Shown here piece after piece: positions 55,491 through 64,000 of a stretch of 64,000 nt of DNA. A program made the translations under genes and the position numbers. Every line of letters starts with the position of its first letter. Positions within the stretch are counted from its first letter, which is position 1. The stretch is from an uncultured Verrucomicrobiae bacterium. Its GTDB lineage: Bacteria > Verrucomicrobiota > Verrucomicrobiia > Chthoniobacterales > UBA10450. Under the pieces are notes generated by a model that was not told the origin of the DNA, ran no database searches, and was given only the letters and a program-made list of their open reading frames with translations. The stretch lies in the NCBI GenBank assembly GCA_963726745.1, contig CAVSDR010000006.1:736001-800000 (forward strand), written 5' to 3'.

Positions 55491-56732
55491 GAGAGGCGGG
55501 CCTCCACCGAACGCGCGTGCGCTTCCAAACCTTCCGCGCGTGCCAAGGTCGTCACCGCGGGCGCGATCTGGCGGAGCGCGTCGGGCGAAAGTTTTTGCGT
55601 CGAAATGATCTTCACGAAATCGAGCACCGACAGCCCGCCGCGCAGCCGGGCCACGCCGCTGGTCGGCAAGGTGTGGTTCGGGCCGGTCGCGTAATCGCCG
55701 GCCGCTTCCGGGCTGCAGGCGCCGAGGAAAACGCTCCCGGCATGCTGCACTTCCGCGAGCAGATTTTCGTCGTGCAGGCTGAGGTGTTCGGGCGCGAAGC
55801 GGTTGCTCCAGGCCATGGCCGCGGCGCTGGAATCGAAAAGGATGATTGCGCTGTTTCGCGCGATCGCTTCGCGCGCGACGGCAGCGGTCGTTAGGCCATC
55901 GAGCTGGCGCTCGATCTCGGCGCTCACCTTTTCCGCGAGGGCGCGGGAAGTAGTCAGCAGGATGGCGCCGGCATCGACGTCGTGTTCCGCCTGCGCGAGC
56001 AGGTCGGCGGCGATCGCGCGCGCGTCGCCTTCGTTCGCGATGATCACGATCTCGGTCGGGCCGGCGACGAAGTCGATGCCGACTTCGCCCGCGAGCAGTT
56101 TCTTCGCGGCGGCGACGTAGATGTTACCGGGGCCGACGATGCGGTCGGCGCGCGGGATGGTTTCGGTTCCGAAACGCGAAAGCCGCGATCGCTTGCGCGC
56201 CGCCAAGCAGGAAGACGCGATTGTCACCGAGCAATTCCGGCTGCGCCGAAAATGTCGGCGGAAGGTTTCGGGGTCGTTAGGCAAATGTTCCGCACGCCCG
56301 CGACCTGCGCGGGAATGACGGTCATGAGGACGGTGGAAACGAGCGGGTAACGACCGGCCGGGATGTAAGCCGCGATGGTGTCGAGCGGCCGGACGATCTG
56401 GCCGACGCGCAGCCCCGGCGAAAGTTCGTGCTCGAAGTCGCGCGGCTTTTGCAGCTCGGCAAAGGCGCGGATGTTAGCCGACGCGATCTCGATCGCTTCG
56501 CGCAAAGCCGGCGACAACTTCGCCATCGCGTCGGCTATTTCGCTCTCGCTTACGAGAGATGACTGCGCGCTCGAAGCCGTCGAACTTCCGCGCGTATTCC
56601 CGCAGCGCCTCGTCGCCGCGCGTGCGCACCGCTTCGATGATCGGCCTAACGACCGCTTCCGCTTCGTCGAAGCGGGCGGTTTTGCGCGCGAGGAGCTCCG
56701 CGCTCTCGCTCTCGGTGAAGGATGCGGATCAC
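55487..56732 (-). CDS. hisD: Histidinol dehydrogenase (frameshifted)
   Basis: [44 protein letters not shown]. Confidence 0.93.
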
Positions 56733-57598
56733 AGGACGATCTTGTTGAGCGGATATTCCACGATGCCGGTGGCGCCGGCTTCCTTCAGGCGCGGGATGAT
56801 CGCGCGCACGGTGGCTTCATCGAGCACGGTGTTCATCGCCACCCAGCTCTCGTCGCTCAATTGCGAGATGGTCGGCTTTTGCAGCGCGGGCAGGATCGCG
56901 AGCACGTCGGCTAAATTCTCGCGCGGCGCGTTCAGCATCAGGCCGACTTTGCCGAGCGCGTTGATCGCGCCTTCGAGCAGCATCTTCACGTCGTCGAGCT
57001 TGCGGCGTTTCCAGTCGTCGCCGAGCGCGGCCTTGTTCGCGATCAACTGCGTATTCGACTCGAGCACGGTTTCGACGATGCGGAGATTGTTCGCGCGGAG
57101 CGACGAGCCGGTCTCGGTCACTTCCACGATCGCGTCGGCCAGGACCGGCGGCTTCACTTCCGTCGCGCCCCAGCTGAACTCGACCTTCGCGGTCACCTGG
57201 TTGCGCGCGAGGTAACGCTTGGTCGTTTCGACCAGCTCGGTGGCGATGATTTTGCCTTCCAGATCGGCCGCGGAATTGATCTCCGAATTCGCCGGCACGG
57301 CGAGGACCCAGCGGACTTTGCCGAAGCTTTGCTTGGCGTAGATCAGGTCGGCGATCGGTTGCACATCGGCCGCGCTTTCCGCGATCCAATCGAGCCCGGT
57401 GAGGCCGGCATCGAGGATGCCGTCTTCGACGTAGCGCGCCATTTCCTGCGCGCGGATGAGCATGCACTCGATCTCCGGGTCGTCGATCGCCGGAAAATAG
57501 GAGCGCGTGCTGACGGTGATGTTCCAGCCGGCCTTGCGGAAGAGCTCGATCGTGGCGCGTTCCAGGCTGCCTTTGGGGATGCCGAGTTTGAGTTTCAT
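56729..57598 (-). CDS. hisG: ATP phosphoribosyltransferase (long form)
   Basis: [25 protein letters not shown]-terminal regulatory domain. Confidence 0.95.
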   Translation of the reverse strand: MKLKLGIPKGSLERATIELFRKAGWNITVSTRSYFPAIDDPEIECMLIRAQEMARYVEDGILDAGLTGLDWIAESAADVQPIADLIYAKQSFGKVRWVLAVPANSEINSAADLEGKIIATELVETTKRYLARNQVTAKVEFSWGATEVKPPVLADAIVEVTETGSSLRANNLRIVETVLESNTQLIANKAALGDDWKRRKLDDVKMLLEGAINALGKVGLMLNAPRENLADVLAILPALQKPTISQLSDESWVAMNTVLDEATVRAIIPRLKEAGATGIVEYPLNKIVL

Positions 57599-57979
57599 GA
57601 TTGGGCGTAAACGGCCTTCGGATCGTAGGTCTGCGGCTCGCTCGTCACCCATTCTTCGTTTTGCCAGCCGCCGAAAGAAGCAACTGGCGTAGCCTTCGTG
57701 GCAGACGCCGGGCCCGAGCGCTTCCACTTTCACGAGGATCGCGTCCGCATCGCAATCGGTGCTGATTTCCCTAACGAGCAGTTTGTGCCCCGAGCTCTCG
57801 CCTTTAACCCAAAGCTTCTGGCGCGAGCGGCTGAAGAAGGTGACCTCGCCGGTCGCGACGGTGCGCCGGAACGCCTCCTCGTTCATGAAGCCGAGCATGA
57901 GGACGCGCCCGCTGGCGTGATCCTGCACGATCGCAGGCAGGAGGCCGTCGAGTTTTTGGAAGTCGAGTTGTGTGGGCAT
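57595..57979 (-). CDS. hisI: Phosphoribosyl-AMP cyclohydrolase (frameshift ~57660)
   Basis: [29 protein letters not shown]. Confidence 0.92.
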
Positions 57980-58014
57980 AAAAAAAGCCCGCGAAACCAA
58001 TCGGTGACGCGGGC
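57980..58014 (-). terminator. Attenuator terminator of the his operon
   Basis: GCCCGCG...CGCGGGC stem plus T7 directly before the hisI ATG. Confidence 0.8.
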
Positions 58015-58050
58015 GGTGAGCTGGAAGTTTTTAGGTTCGAGCGCGCGCGG

Positions 58051-58098
58051 TCACACCGTGCCGTGATGGCTGTGGCGGTGATGGAAGTGCGCGCGCAT
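58051..58098 (-). CDS. hisL: His operon leader peptide MRAHFHHRHSHHGTV
   Basis: 15-codon ORF with 6 His codons immediately upstream of the terminator. Confidence 0.85.
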   Translation of the reverse strand: MRAHFHHRHSHHGTV

Positions 58099-58163
58099 TG
58101 AGGAGCCGGACTATAGCACGCTTTTGCGGCGCGCAAGGTTCGCCCCGCGCGGATGACCGCCAG

Positions 58164-58697
58164 CTAATCGCCCATCCAGGCGAGCTCGAAGCTTTTGCCG
58201 TTCCAAAAGACGAGCGCGGACGAACTCTCCGGCCGGACCATCATGATGGCGTCGCCTTTCGGTTTGGTCTCGCCCAGACTGCTTTTGTCATTCCTGGCGA
58301 CGACATACCAGGCCGGCCCGGGATACTCTTCCTTGATGTCTTTCGAAAGGAGACGCGGCGCGCCTTTGGCGAAGAAGATCGCATCGGCTTCTTTGGCCCG
58401 GTTGCTTTTGGAGACGAGCCGCAGGGCGTAATCCATCTGCCCGTCGCCATCGAAGTCACCCGCCAGGTAGAACGGATTGACGGCGCGATAGCCGATCGCG
58501 TATCCGGCGTTGAACTCACTCGCACGGAATCTCTCCACGACCTGGTAAGGCAGCGAAGCCAGGGCAACCGTCTCGGCACTGGTCGTCCCGTCCGCGGCTG
58601 GCACGGGCGGCGCCTGCAGCCAAAGCAGCGCAGCCGTGGCCAAGGCGGCGCCGACCCAATGCGGACGCTTCCTTTCCGGAACAGCCAGCAATCTCAC
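58164..58697 (-). CDS. Secreted hypothetical protein (GDFDGDG motif)
   Basis: Signal-like N-terminus; AGDFDGDGQMDYA. Confidence 0.7.
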   Translation of the reverse strand: MRLLAVPERKRPHWVGAALATAALLWLQAPPVPAADGTTSAETVALASLPYQVVERFRASEFNAGYAIGYRAVNPFYLAGDFDGDGQMDYALRLVSKSNRAKEADAIFFAKGAPRLLSKDIKEEYPGPAWYVVARNDKSSLGETKPKGDAIMMVRPESSSALVFWNGKSFELAWMGD

Positions 58698-60322
58698 TGG
58701 CCGTCGTCGTTTGGATTGGGCTGCGGCCGCGGTTGCGGAGGGCGTTGCTGTGGCTGCTGCGGCTGTGGTTGCTGGTTGTTTGGCGCAGGTTCGCCGAGCG
58801 CGCGGAAGAAGTTTCCGATGGCCTCGCCGGCCTTGCGGTTTTTCTCTTCCTGGGCCTTCCGCTTGGCCGCGGCCTGGCGATTTTGTTGGTCGATCGCTTT
58901 CTTCTCCGCCAACGCCTTTTCCTTCTGCTTCTTCAAGTCGGCGATCTTTTTGTCGGCGGCGGCTTTGGCTTTCTTGTCCGCCTCTTCTTTCTTCTGCTGG
59001 GCCAATTCTTTCGCCTTCGTGCCTTTCTCCTGCTCGAGCCGGGCGACCAGGGCGACCCGCGCATCCTTGGCGGCCGCCTTGTATTTCTCAGCCAGCTGTT
59101 TGTTTTGCGCCGCTTGCGCCGCGGCCTCGTTCTTGGCCTTGGCGATGGCCTCTTCCTTCCACGGAGGTGGGGTAGGCAGCGACTTCGGAGCCGGCGGCGG
59201 CGTGGTCTTTGGCAGAGGTTTCGTGACCGCGACGGTGCAGAAATGGTCCAGGTAGGTGACCGCTACCCAGCCCGACGCATCGACATACGCCCACGTATCC
59301 GGAACTCGTGGCGCCAGCACGCCGAGACTGTTCGCCTCCTGCACCAGCAGCGCGGTTCCCGGTGCTTCCCAAGCCGCCAAGTCGATCCACACTTCCACCG
59401 GCGGTGCGAAGACTGCGCCCGCGGGCGTAAGCTGCGCGATCCCGAGCACGCCGACGCCCCACCCACTGGTCACGCTTCCTTTCACCGAGGTGATCGGCGG
59501 ATGGTGGTAAAAGAAGGGCGTGCTCCCGGGACCAGACGCTGAGCCGGGAGGAATGACAATCGCACCCCGGCCCAGCCCGAGAGGATAGACGATGCCGCCC
59601 TGCTGGTTGAGGATCGCGGTCGAGAGCGCCAGCAGAAAGTCTGAGACTTTCTCGGTGATGGGCGCTTTGATCTTGGTCGCGGCGGCGGTGGCTTTGGTGC
59701 GTTCCAATTCGGCTTTCGCCCGGGCGGCCTCGGCCTTGGCTACTTCGATCGCCAACTGGTTCGCTTCCGCTTCCGCTTTCGCGACGTCTGCTTCAGTGGC
59801 CGTCGGCGCAGCGGCCGCCTTCTGGCTTTCTTCGGCATCCGCCTTGGCCTTCTCGACAATCTCTTCGGCCTTCTCCGCCTCGCCTTTGGCGCTGACGTAG
59901 CTTTGCTGCGCCGCGGCAGCGGCTTTGGCGGCTTCGTCGGCCTCCGCCTGGGCTTTCGCTACTTCGGCTTCGGCCTTCGCGACGTCGGCCGCGGTTTGCG
60001 CCTGCGCACTTGCGGCGCTTTGAGCCTCGGCTGCAGCTCGGGCCTGGGACTCCGCAGCGCTTTTCGCATCCGCCGCCGCACGCGCGGCCGCAGCCTCAGA
60101 TTGAGCGACCGCATTGTCGCCCTGCGCCTTCGTCCGGGCGTCGGCCTCGGCCTTCAACCTGGCATTTTCCGCCCGTAAAGCGTCAGCATCCGCGCTGGAT
60201 TGTTGAGTTTGCGGACACCCAGTCATCGCGAGGCCAAGGATGAGGAGCGCAATGCAGCTCGCGGCCTTGAGCCATGGGCCACGGATCCCGCGCCCGACTG
60301 AATTTGGAGAGAGAAAGATCAT
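58694..60322 (-). CDS. Putative lipoprotein with Ala/Lys-rich coiled coils around a ZU5-like domain
   Basis: Lipobox-like AMTG-C; QLTPAGAVFAPPVEVWI...LDHFCTVAV. Confidence 0.75.
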   Translation of the reverse strand: MIFLSPNSVGRGIRGPWLKAASCIALLILGLAMTGCPQTQQSSADADALRAENARLKAEADARTKAQGDNAVAQSEAAAARAAADAKSAAESQARAAAEAQSAASAQAQTAADVAKAEAEVAKAQAEADEAAKAAAAAQQSYVSAKGEAEKAEEIVEKAKADAEESQKAAAAPTATEADVAKAEAEANQLAIEVAKAEAARAKAELERTKATAAATKIKAPITEKVSDFLLALSTAILNQQGGIVYPLGLGRGAIVIPPGSASGPGSTPFFYHHPPITSVKGSVTSGWGVGVLGIAQLTPAGAVFAPPVEVWIDLAAWEAPGTALLVQEANSLGVLAPRVPDTWAYVDASGWVAVTYLDHFCTVAVTKPLPKTTPPPAPKSLPTPPPWKEEAIAKAKNEAAAQAAQNKQLAEKYKAAAKDARVALVARLEQEKGTKAKELAQQKKEEADKKAKAAADKKIADLKKQKEKALAEKKAIDQQNRQAAAKRKAQEEKNRKAGEAIGNFFRALGEPAPNNQQPQPQQPQQRPPQPRPQPNPNDDGQ

Positions 60323-60575
60323 GATTTTATGAGGTTGAGTTCGATGGAGGGACTCCAGTGCGGACGACTCTAGGGGAAGACGCTCGAAAGCGTCTATTAG
60401 CCGAAAGTGCTAAATCGCCGCCGCGAAAATACCGCCGAAAATCGTCGAAACAGCGCGCTGGATGGCGGAGTCGATGGTTGAGTGGCGTGGGGAACCCCCA
60501 CGACGGCGTCCTCCCTCGACGAGCTCCATATTTTATGTAGAAAAACAAAAACGGCTTCGCCAGACTGGCCCTTGC

Positions 60576-61850
60576 ATGGAGACGAAAAGGGCGCGGCGGG
60601 CAGCGACTCAGAGCGTGGTCTCGCCACAGGCGAAAGACTTTTCCGGGCCGAACGTGAAGGCGTTGCTGAAGCTGGCCGCTGCGCGCAACGCCGGCGAATT
60701 CTGGAATTCCGCACAAGCTCTCCTGACGCAGGTCGCGCCTTCCTCGATCCGCTGGCTCTGCATTCGGCCCACGAGCATGAGCACAGCCTTGGTGCTCCTA
60801 AGGGAAACGCAGACCGGCGCGCAGAGAAGCAGCGATGAAGCCGGGAGGTCAGGGAGAGACGACGCGGCGCTGTTAAAGGAACTCTTCGCGCGGCACCCAG
60901 CGATTCTCCACTTTCAGCGACGCGTGGGAGTGCCGCTGGTTTACCTGCAGCCGGATCAATTTTCAGCGGCCGGCCAGGACGGGGTCCGCTGGCCTCATCT
61001 GAACCAGGCGCGTTTCGGGGTGGCGCTCGCTTTTTGGAACCGGAAGGAAATCCGCGGGGTGCTGCTTCTCCATCGGATGGAGGAAGAAGGCGATTTTTCC
61101 CCGGCGGAGATCAAGGCTCTGCGACGGTTGCATCCGCATCTCGAGACGGCGCTCCGCCGCATCCTCGCGGCCCGTGCGCATGAGGCGCAGAAACACGTTC
61201 TTGCCGGGATGCTCAAGCCACTCCCGGTGGCCGTAGTGGTGTGCGATTGGCGCTTGCAGATCATCTGCGAAAGCGCCGAAGGCCTCAACGCGCGCACGCA
61301 CTGGGAGATCGGGAAGGAGCGCGCGCGGGCGCTCAATCGATCCGCGCGCCGTGCGCTCCCGCCGGACCTGGCGGCCTATTGCCGCGGGCGGATCGCCGCG
61401 TGGGAGGAGGCAGGCACAGCCGCCCGCGCCAAGATGGAAAAAGAGGAAAAGAAGCTCGTTCTCCCAGAGGCGCCGGAGTTGGAGGTCACCGTAAGCATGT
61501 TTCGGCAAAGTCATTTCCCGCTGGTCCCGCCATTTTTTCTCCTTCGTTTCAATAAGGTGGCGGACGGTGCGACCGCGGCGCCCCTCATGAGCGCTGCTCG
61601 CTTTTCCGGGCTGGCCCTGCTCTCCGCCTCGGAGCGGGAAGTGGCGCATCTGGTTGTGCAAGGTCAGGGCAACAACGCCATCTCCCAGCTGCTCGGAAAG
61701 AGCGTGCACACCGTCAAGGCGCAGATGCAGTCGATCTTCAAGAAGCTTGAGGTGACCAGCCGTTCGAAATTAACCGCGAAGCTGACGCACGGAAGCCTCT
61801 GCTGCTTGTTGACCTCTTACTTCGACCTGCTGGAGACCGCGTTTCTTTAA
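60576..61850 (+). CDS. LuxR-family HTH regulator
   Basis: LSASEREVAHLVVQGQGNNAISQLLGKSVHTVKAQMQSIFKKLEVTSR; start codon uncertain. Confidence 0.85.
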   Translation: METKRARRAATQSVVSPQAKDFSGPNVKALLKLAAARNAGEFWNSAQALLTQVAPSSIRWLCIRPTSMSTALVLLRETQTGAQRSSDEAGRSGRDDAALLKELFARHPAILHFQRRVGVPLVYLQPDQFSAAGQDGVRWPHLNQARFGVALAFWNRKEIRGVLLLHRMEEEGDFSPAEIKALRRLHPHLETALRRILAARAHEAQKHVLAGMLKPLPVAVVVCDWRLQIICESAEGLNARTHWEIGKERARALNRSARRALPPDLAAYCRGRIAAWEEAGTAARAKMEKEEKKLVLPEAPELEVTVSMFRQSHFPLVPPFFLLRFNKVADGATAAPLMSAARFSGLALLSASEREVAHLVVQGQGNNAISQLLGKSVHTVKAQMQSIFKKLEVTSRSKLTAKLTHGSLCCLLTSYFDLLETAFL

Positions 61851-62570
61851 GCCGTGGGCCCACTTCTGCGGCGCCAAAGCAGATCGAAAAGCGCGAAGGG
61901 CGCATAGAGCACGGCGAAGAAAACCAGCGCGAGGCCGTGCATCTGCAACAGGTAGAGCGGCCACGAATCGGAGAGGTAACTAAGAAGCGAAAAGGCTTCC
62001 GGTTTGTGCAGCAGAAAGCCGTAGTTCACGCCGGTGAGCAGGTCGATGCTGAGCGCGCTGACAAAATAAACTTCCGACCAGAGGAAAGCGCGCACCACCG
62101 GAGATCAGGTGAGGCCGGAGGCGGCGGGTGAGCATTAAGAAAATCACGCCGACGATGATTCCCGAGTGCGAAATGAAAAAGGCAAAGAAGCGCGGGTCGG
62201 GGAAGCCGAACGCGAGATTCGGCGTAAGCACGGCCTGCAAAGTGCCGCCTATTCCCCAGAAATAGGCGACCTCAAACCAGCGCCGCCAACCGGTCCACAT
62301 TGCGACCAGGATCACGACCATGGCCCAGTCGCACATTTGCATCGGGAGCATTTGCTCCCAGGTCATGAGCGTGCGGCTGCGGATGAAAACGAGATAGCCG
62401 ACGTAATTACCTACAAGGACAAGCGCGAGCCCAAGCACAATGGCGCGCTCGAGCAGGCGCGAGCCCGTTTGCCGAACGAACGCGGCGAGGGCAAAGGGAA
62501 GCGCAAGCGTGAGGAGGATGACCGCGAGATGCTCCGCGCTCCAGGCGTGAAATTCCGGCGCCGCCTCCAT
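61847..62570 (-). CDS. TIGR02206/YwaF-like membrane protein (frameshift ~62100)
   Basis: LPMQMCD, GTLQAVLTP, FFISHSG, NYGFLLHKP. Confidence 0.8.
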
Positions 62571-62578
62571 CTCGTCGG

Positions 62579-63412
62579 CTAACGAATGACCCAGAGATTG
62601 CACGGAATCACGTCGGTGATCCAGGCGATCTGCGGCGGCAGTTCCGACGTCGGCGTTTTCCTTTCCGCGGGGACGACCAGGAGATCGGCCTCGACCGACT
62701 GGACAAAATCGGACGCGGCAAAACCGGTGTTGCCGCGAATGCACCGGACCTCGAGCGGAATGGCGCTTTTGCCGGCGACTTGCTCGACGAATTCCTCCAG
62801 CGCGGCCTCCTCCTCCTCGAGGCTGCGGGCGTGTTGCTGGCCTTTGGGGACCTTGGTGCGGCGCTTCGCGCGGGCCTCATCGAAAGTGGTGTAGATGCGA
62901 ATCGCGTAGAGTTTTTCGCAGCCCTCCAGTTCGGCCAGATGGAGGGTGCGGCGGAGCGCATCCGCCGTGTGCGCGGAATATTCCGGGACGAAAAACACCA
63001 TGCAGCGAAGCGGCTTCGGATCGCGCTCCGGCCGGGTGAAAAGCAAGACCGAGCACGGCGCCTCGCGCACCAGGGTGCGAGCGACATTCCCGAGAAAAGA
63101 CCGGAGGACGACCTGCTTCTCGAGCGCGCCGGCGATGATCAATTCAACCTCGTTCGCCCGCAACGCTTCCAGGATCGCCTCCGCTGGCGCACCTTGGTGG
63201 TAGTGAATCGAGGTGTCGTTAGGCAGCCCCATGGCCCGGAGCGCGCTGGCAAAACGCTCGCTGGTCTGCGCGGTCTTGCGGCCCACGAAAACAAGGTCCA
63301 GCCGGGCGTTGAGTCGGTCGCGCACCCGCTTCGCTTCCGCCAGCACCTGCTCGAAGCGCGGAGAGAAAGCGCTGGCCACGGCGATGCGCTGGTAGGGCGG
63401 CGGGAGGGTCAT
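62579..63412 (-). CDS. Universal stress protein (tandem USP)
   Basis: YQRIAVA, FLGNVARTLVREAPCSVL. Confidence 0.85.
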   Translation of the reverse strand: MTLPPPYQRIAVASAFSPRFEQVLAEAKRVRDRLNARLDLVFVGRKTAQTSERFASALRAMGLPNDTSIHYHQGAPAEAILEALRANEVELIIAGALEKQVVLRSFLGNVARTLVREAPCSVLLFTRPERDPKPLRCMVFFVPEYSAHTADALRRTLHLAELEGCEKLYAIRIYTTFDEARAKRRTKVPKGQQHARSLEEEEAALEEFVEQVAGKSAIPLEVRCIRGNTGFAASDFVQSVEADLLVVPAERKTPTSELPPQIAWITDVIPCNLWVIR

Positions 63413-63518
63413 GGGCGCGGGAAAGGTCCAACGTCCCGCGCATGCCGTCCACCGGCCAAATCGGCGGCTGCATTGAATGTTGGACGCGCGGCGCCGGACG
63501 TTGAACCTTCTCCGCCTG

Positions 63519-64000
63519 ATGCGGCGCGCGATTTATCCCGGCAGCTTCGATCCCGTGACCCACGGCCACCTCGACGTGATCGAGCGCGCGCGGAAACTTT
63601 TCGACGAAGTGATCGTGGCGGTGGCGCACAACGACCAGAAGAAGCCGCTCTTTCCGCTGGAGCAGCGTCTGGAATTTCTCCGCAGCGCGATCAATGGGCG
63701 CGACCGTGTGCAGGTGGCTTCGTTCGACGGCTTGCTGGTTGATTTCGCGCTCAAGCAGGAGGCGATCGCGGTCATCCGCGGTTTGCGCGCCATCTCGGAT
63801 TTCGAGTTTGAATTCCAGATGGCGCTGATGAATCGCAAACTGGAGGCGCGCGTGGAAACGATCTTCCTGATGCCGAAGGAAGAATACACTTACTTAAGCT
63901 CGCGCATCGTGAAGGAGATCGCGCGTTTAGGCGGCGACATCAGCAGCTTCGTCCCGCCGCAAGTCGTCGCCGCTTTCACGAACCGGCGGTCCCAATCATG
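63519..64000 (+). CDS. coaD: Phosphopantetheine adenylyltransferase (runs to window end)
   Basis: YPGSFDPVTHGHLD, RGLRAISDFEFE, LSSRIVKE; absent from the ORF track because its stop falls past the window edge. Confidence 0.96.
   Translation, partial: MRRAIYPGSFDPVTHGHLDVIERARKLFDEVIVAVAHNDQKKPLFPLEQRLEFLRSAINGRDRVQVASFDGLLVDFALKQEAIAVIRGLRAISDFEFEFQMALMNRKLEARVETIFLMPKEEYTYLSSRIVKEIARLGGDISSFVPPQVVAAFTNRRSQS

Noticed and set aside
22589..55694. Long antisense ORFs opposite core genes (e.g. 23546-24769, 30917-32365, 38368-39948, 53952-55694)
   Set aside because: Typical shadow ORFs of high-GC coding sequence
56729..58000. Apparent HisI-HisG fusion (423 aa)
   Set aside because: A one-base shift near 57660 restores a normal HisI tail ([22 protein letters not shown]) ending in an ATGA overlap with hisG; likely a sequencing indel
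1..64000. tRNA, rRNA, transposase, integrase or prophage genes
   Set aside because: None recognisable by eye; tRNAscan, Rfam and HMM searches were not run

Overview
GC-rich bacterial chromosome segment, most likely Verrucomicrobiota (Chthoniobacterales-like). That assignment is inferred from gene content and the kdsA-lptCAB-hpf-hprK-HPr-ptsI block, not proven. Bases ~310-9350 hold a minus-strand integron cassette array: 16 complete attC sites of ~103-127 bp, mostly in two near-identical families, one truncated attC, and an attI-like site at ~9281. No integrase gene lies next to it. Six central inter-attC spacers look like scrambled, non-coding sequence. The rest is mostly core genes: actP, two ECF sigma modules, a TonB receptor, gatB, aroC, CBS/CGL, rpsA, asnS, speA, PTS/Lpt/kdsA, a 9-gene his operon and coaD. 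Many genes carry single-base frameshifts that look like long-read errors. Most notable observations: (1) the 9-mer GCCTAACGA/TCGTTAGGC, identical to the array's crossover end, recurs at least 23 times inside core genes in several frames, often via rare codons; (2) an apparently circularly permuted animal-type heme peroxidase; (3) an unannotated His-rich leader peptide with attenuator; (4) a triplicated ECF promoter motif; (5) a 21-bp degenerate tandem array.
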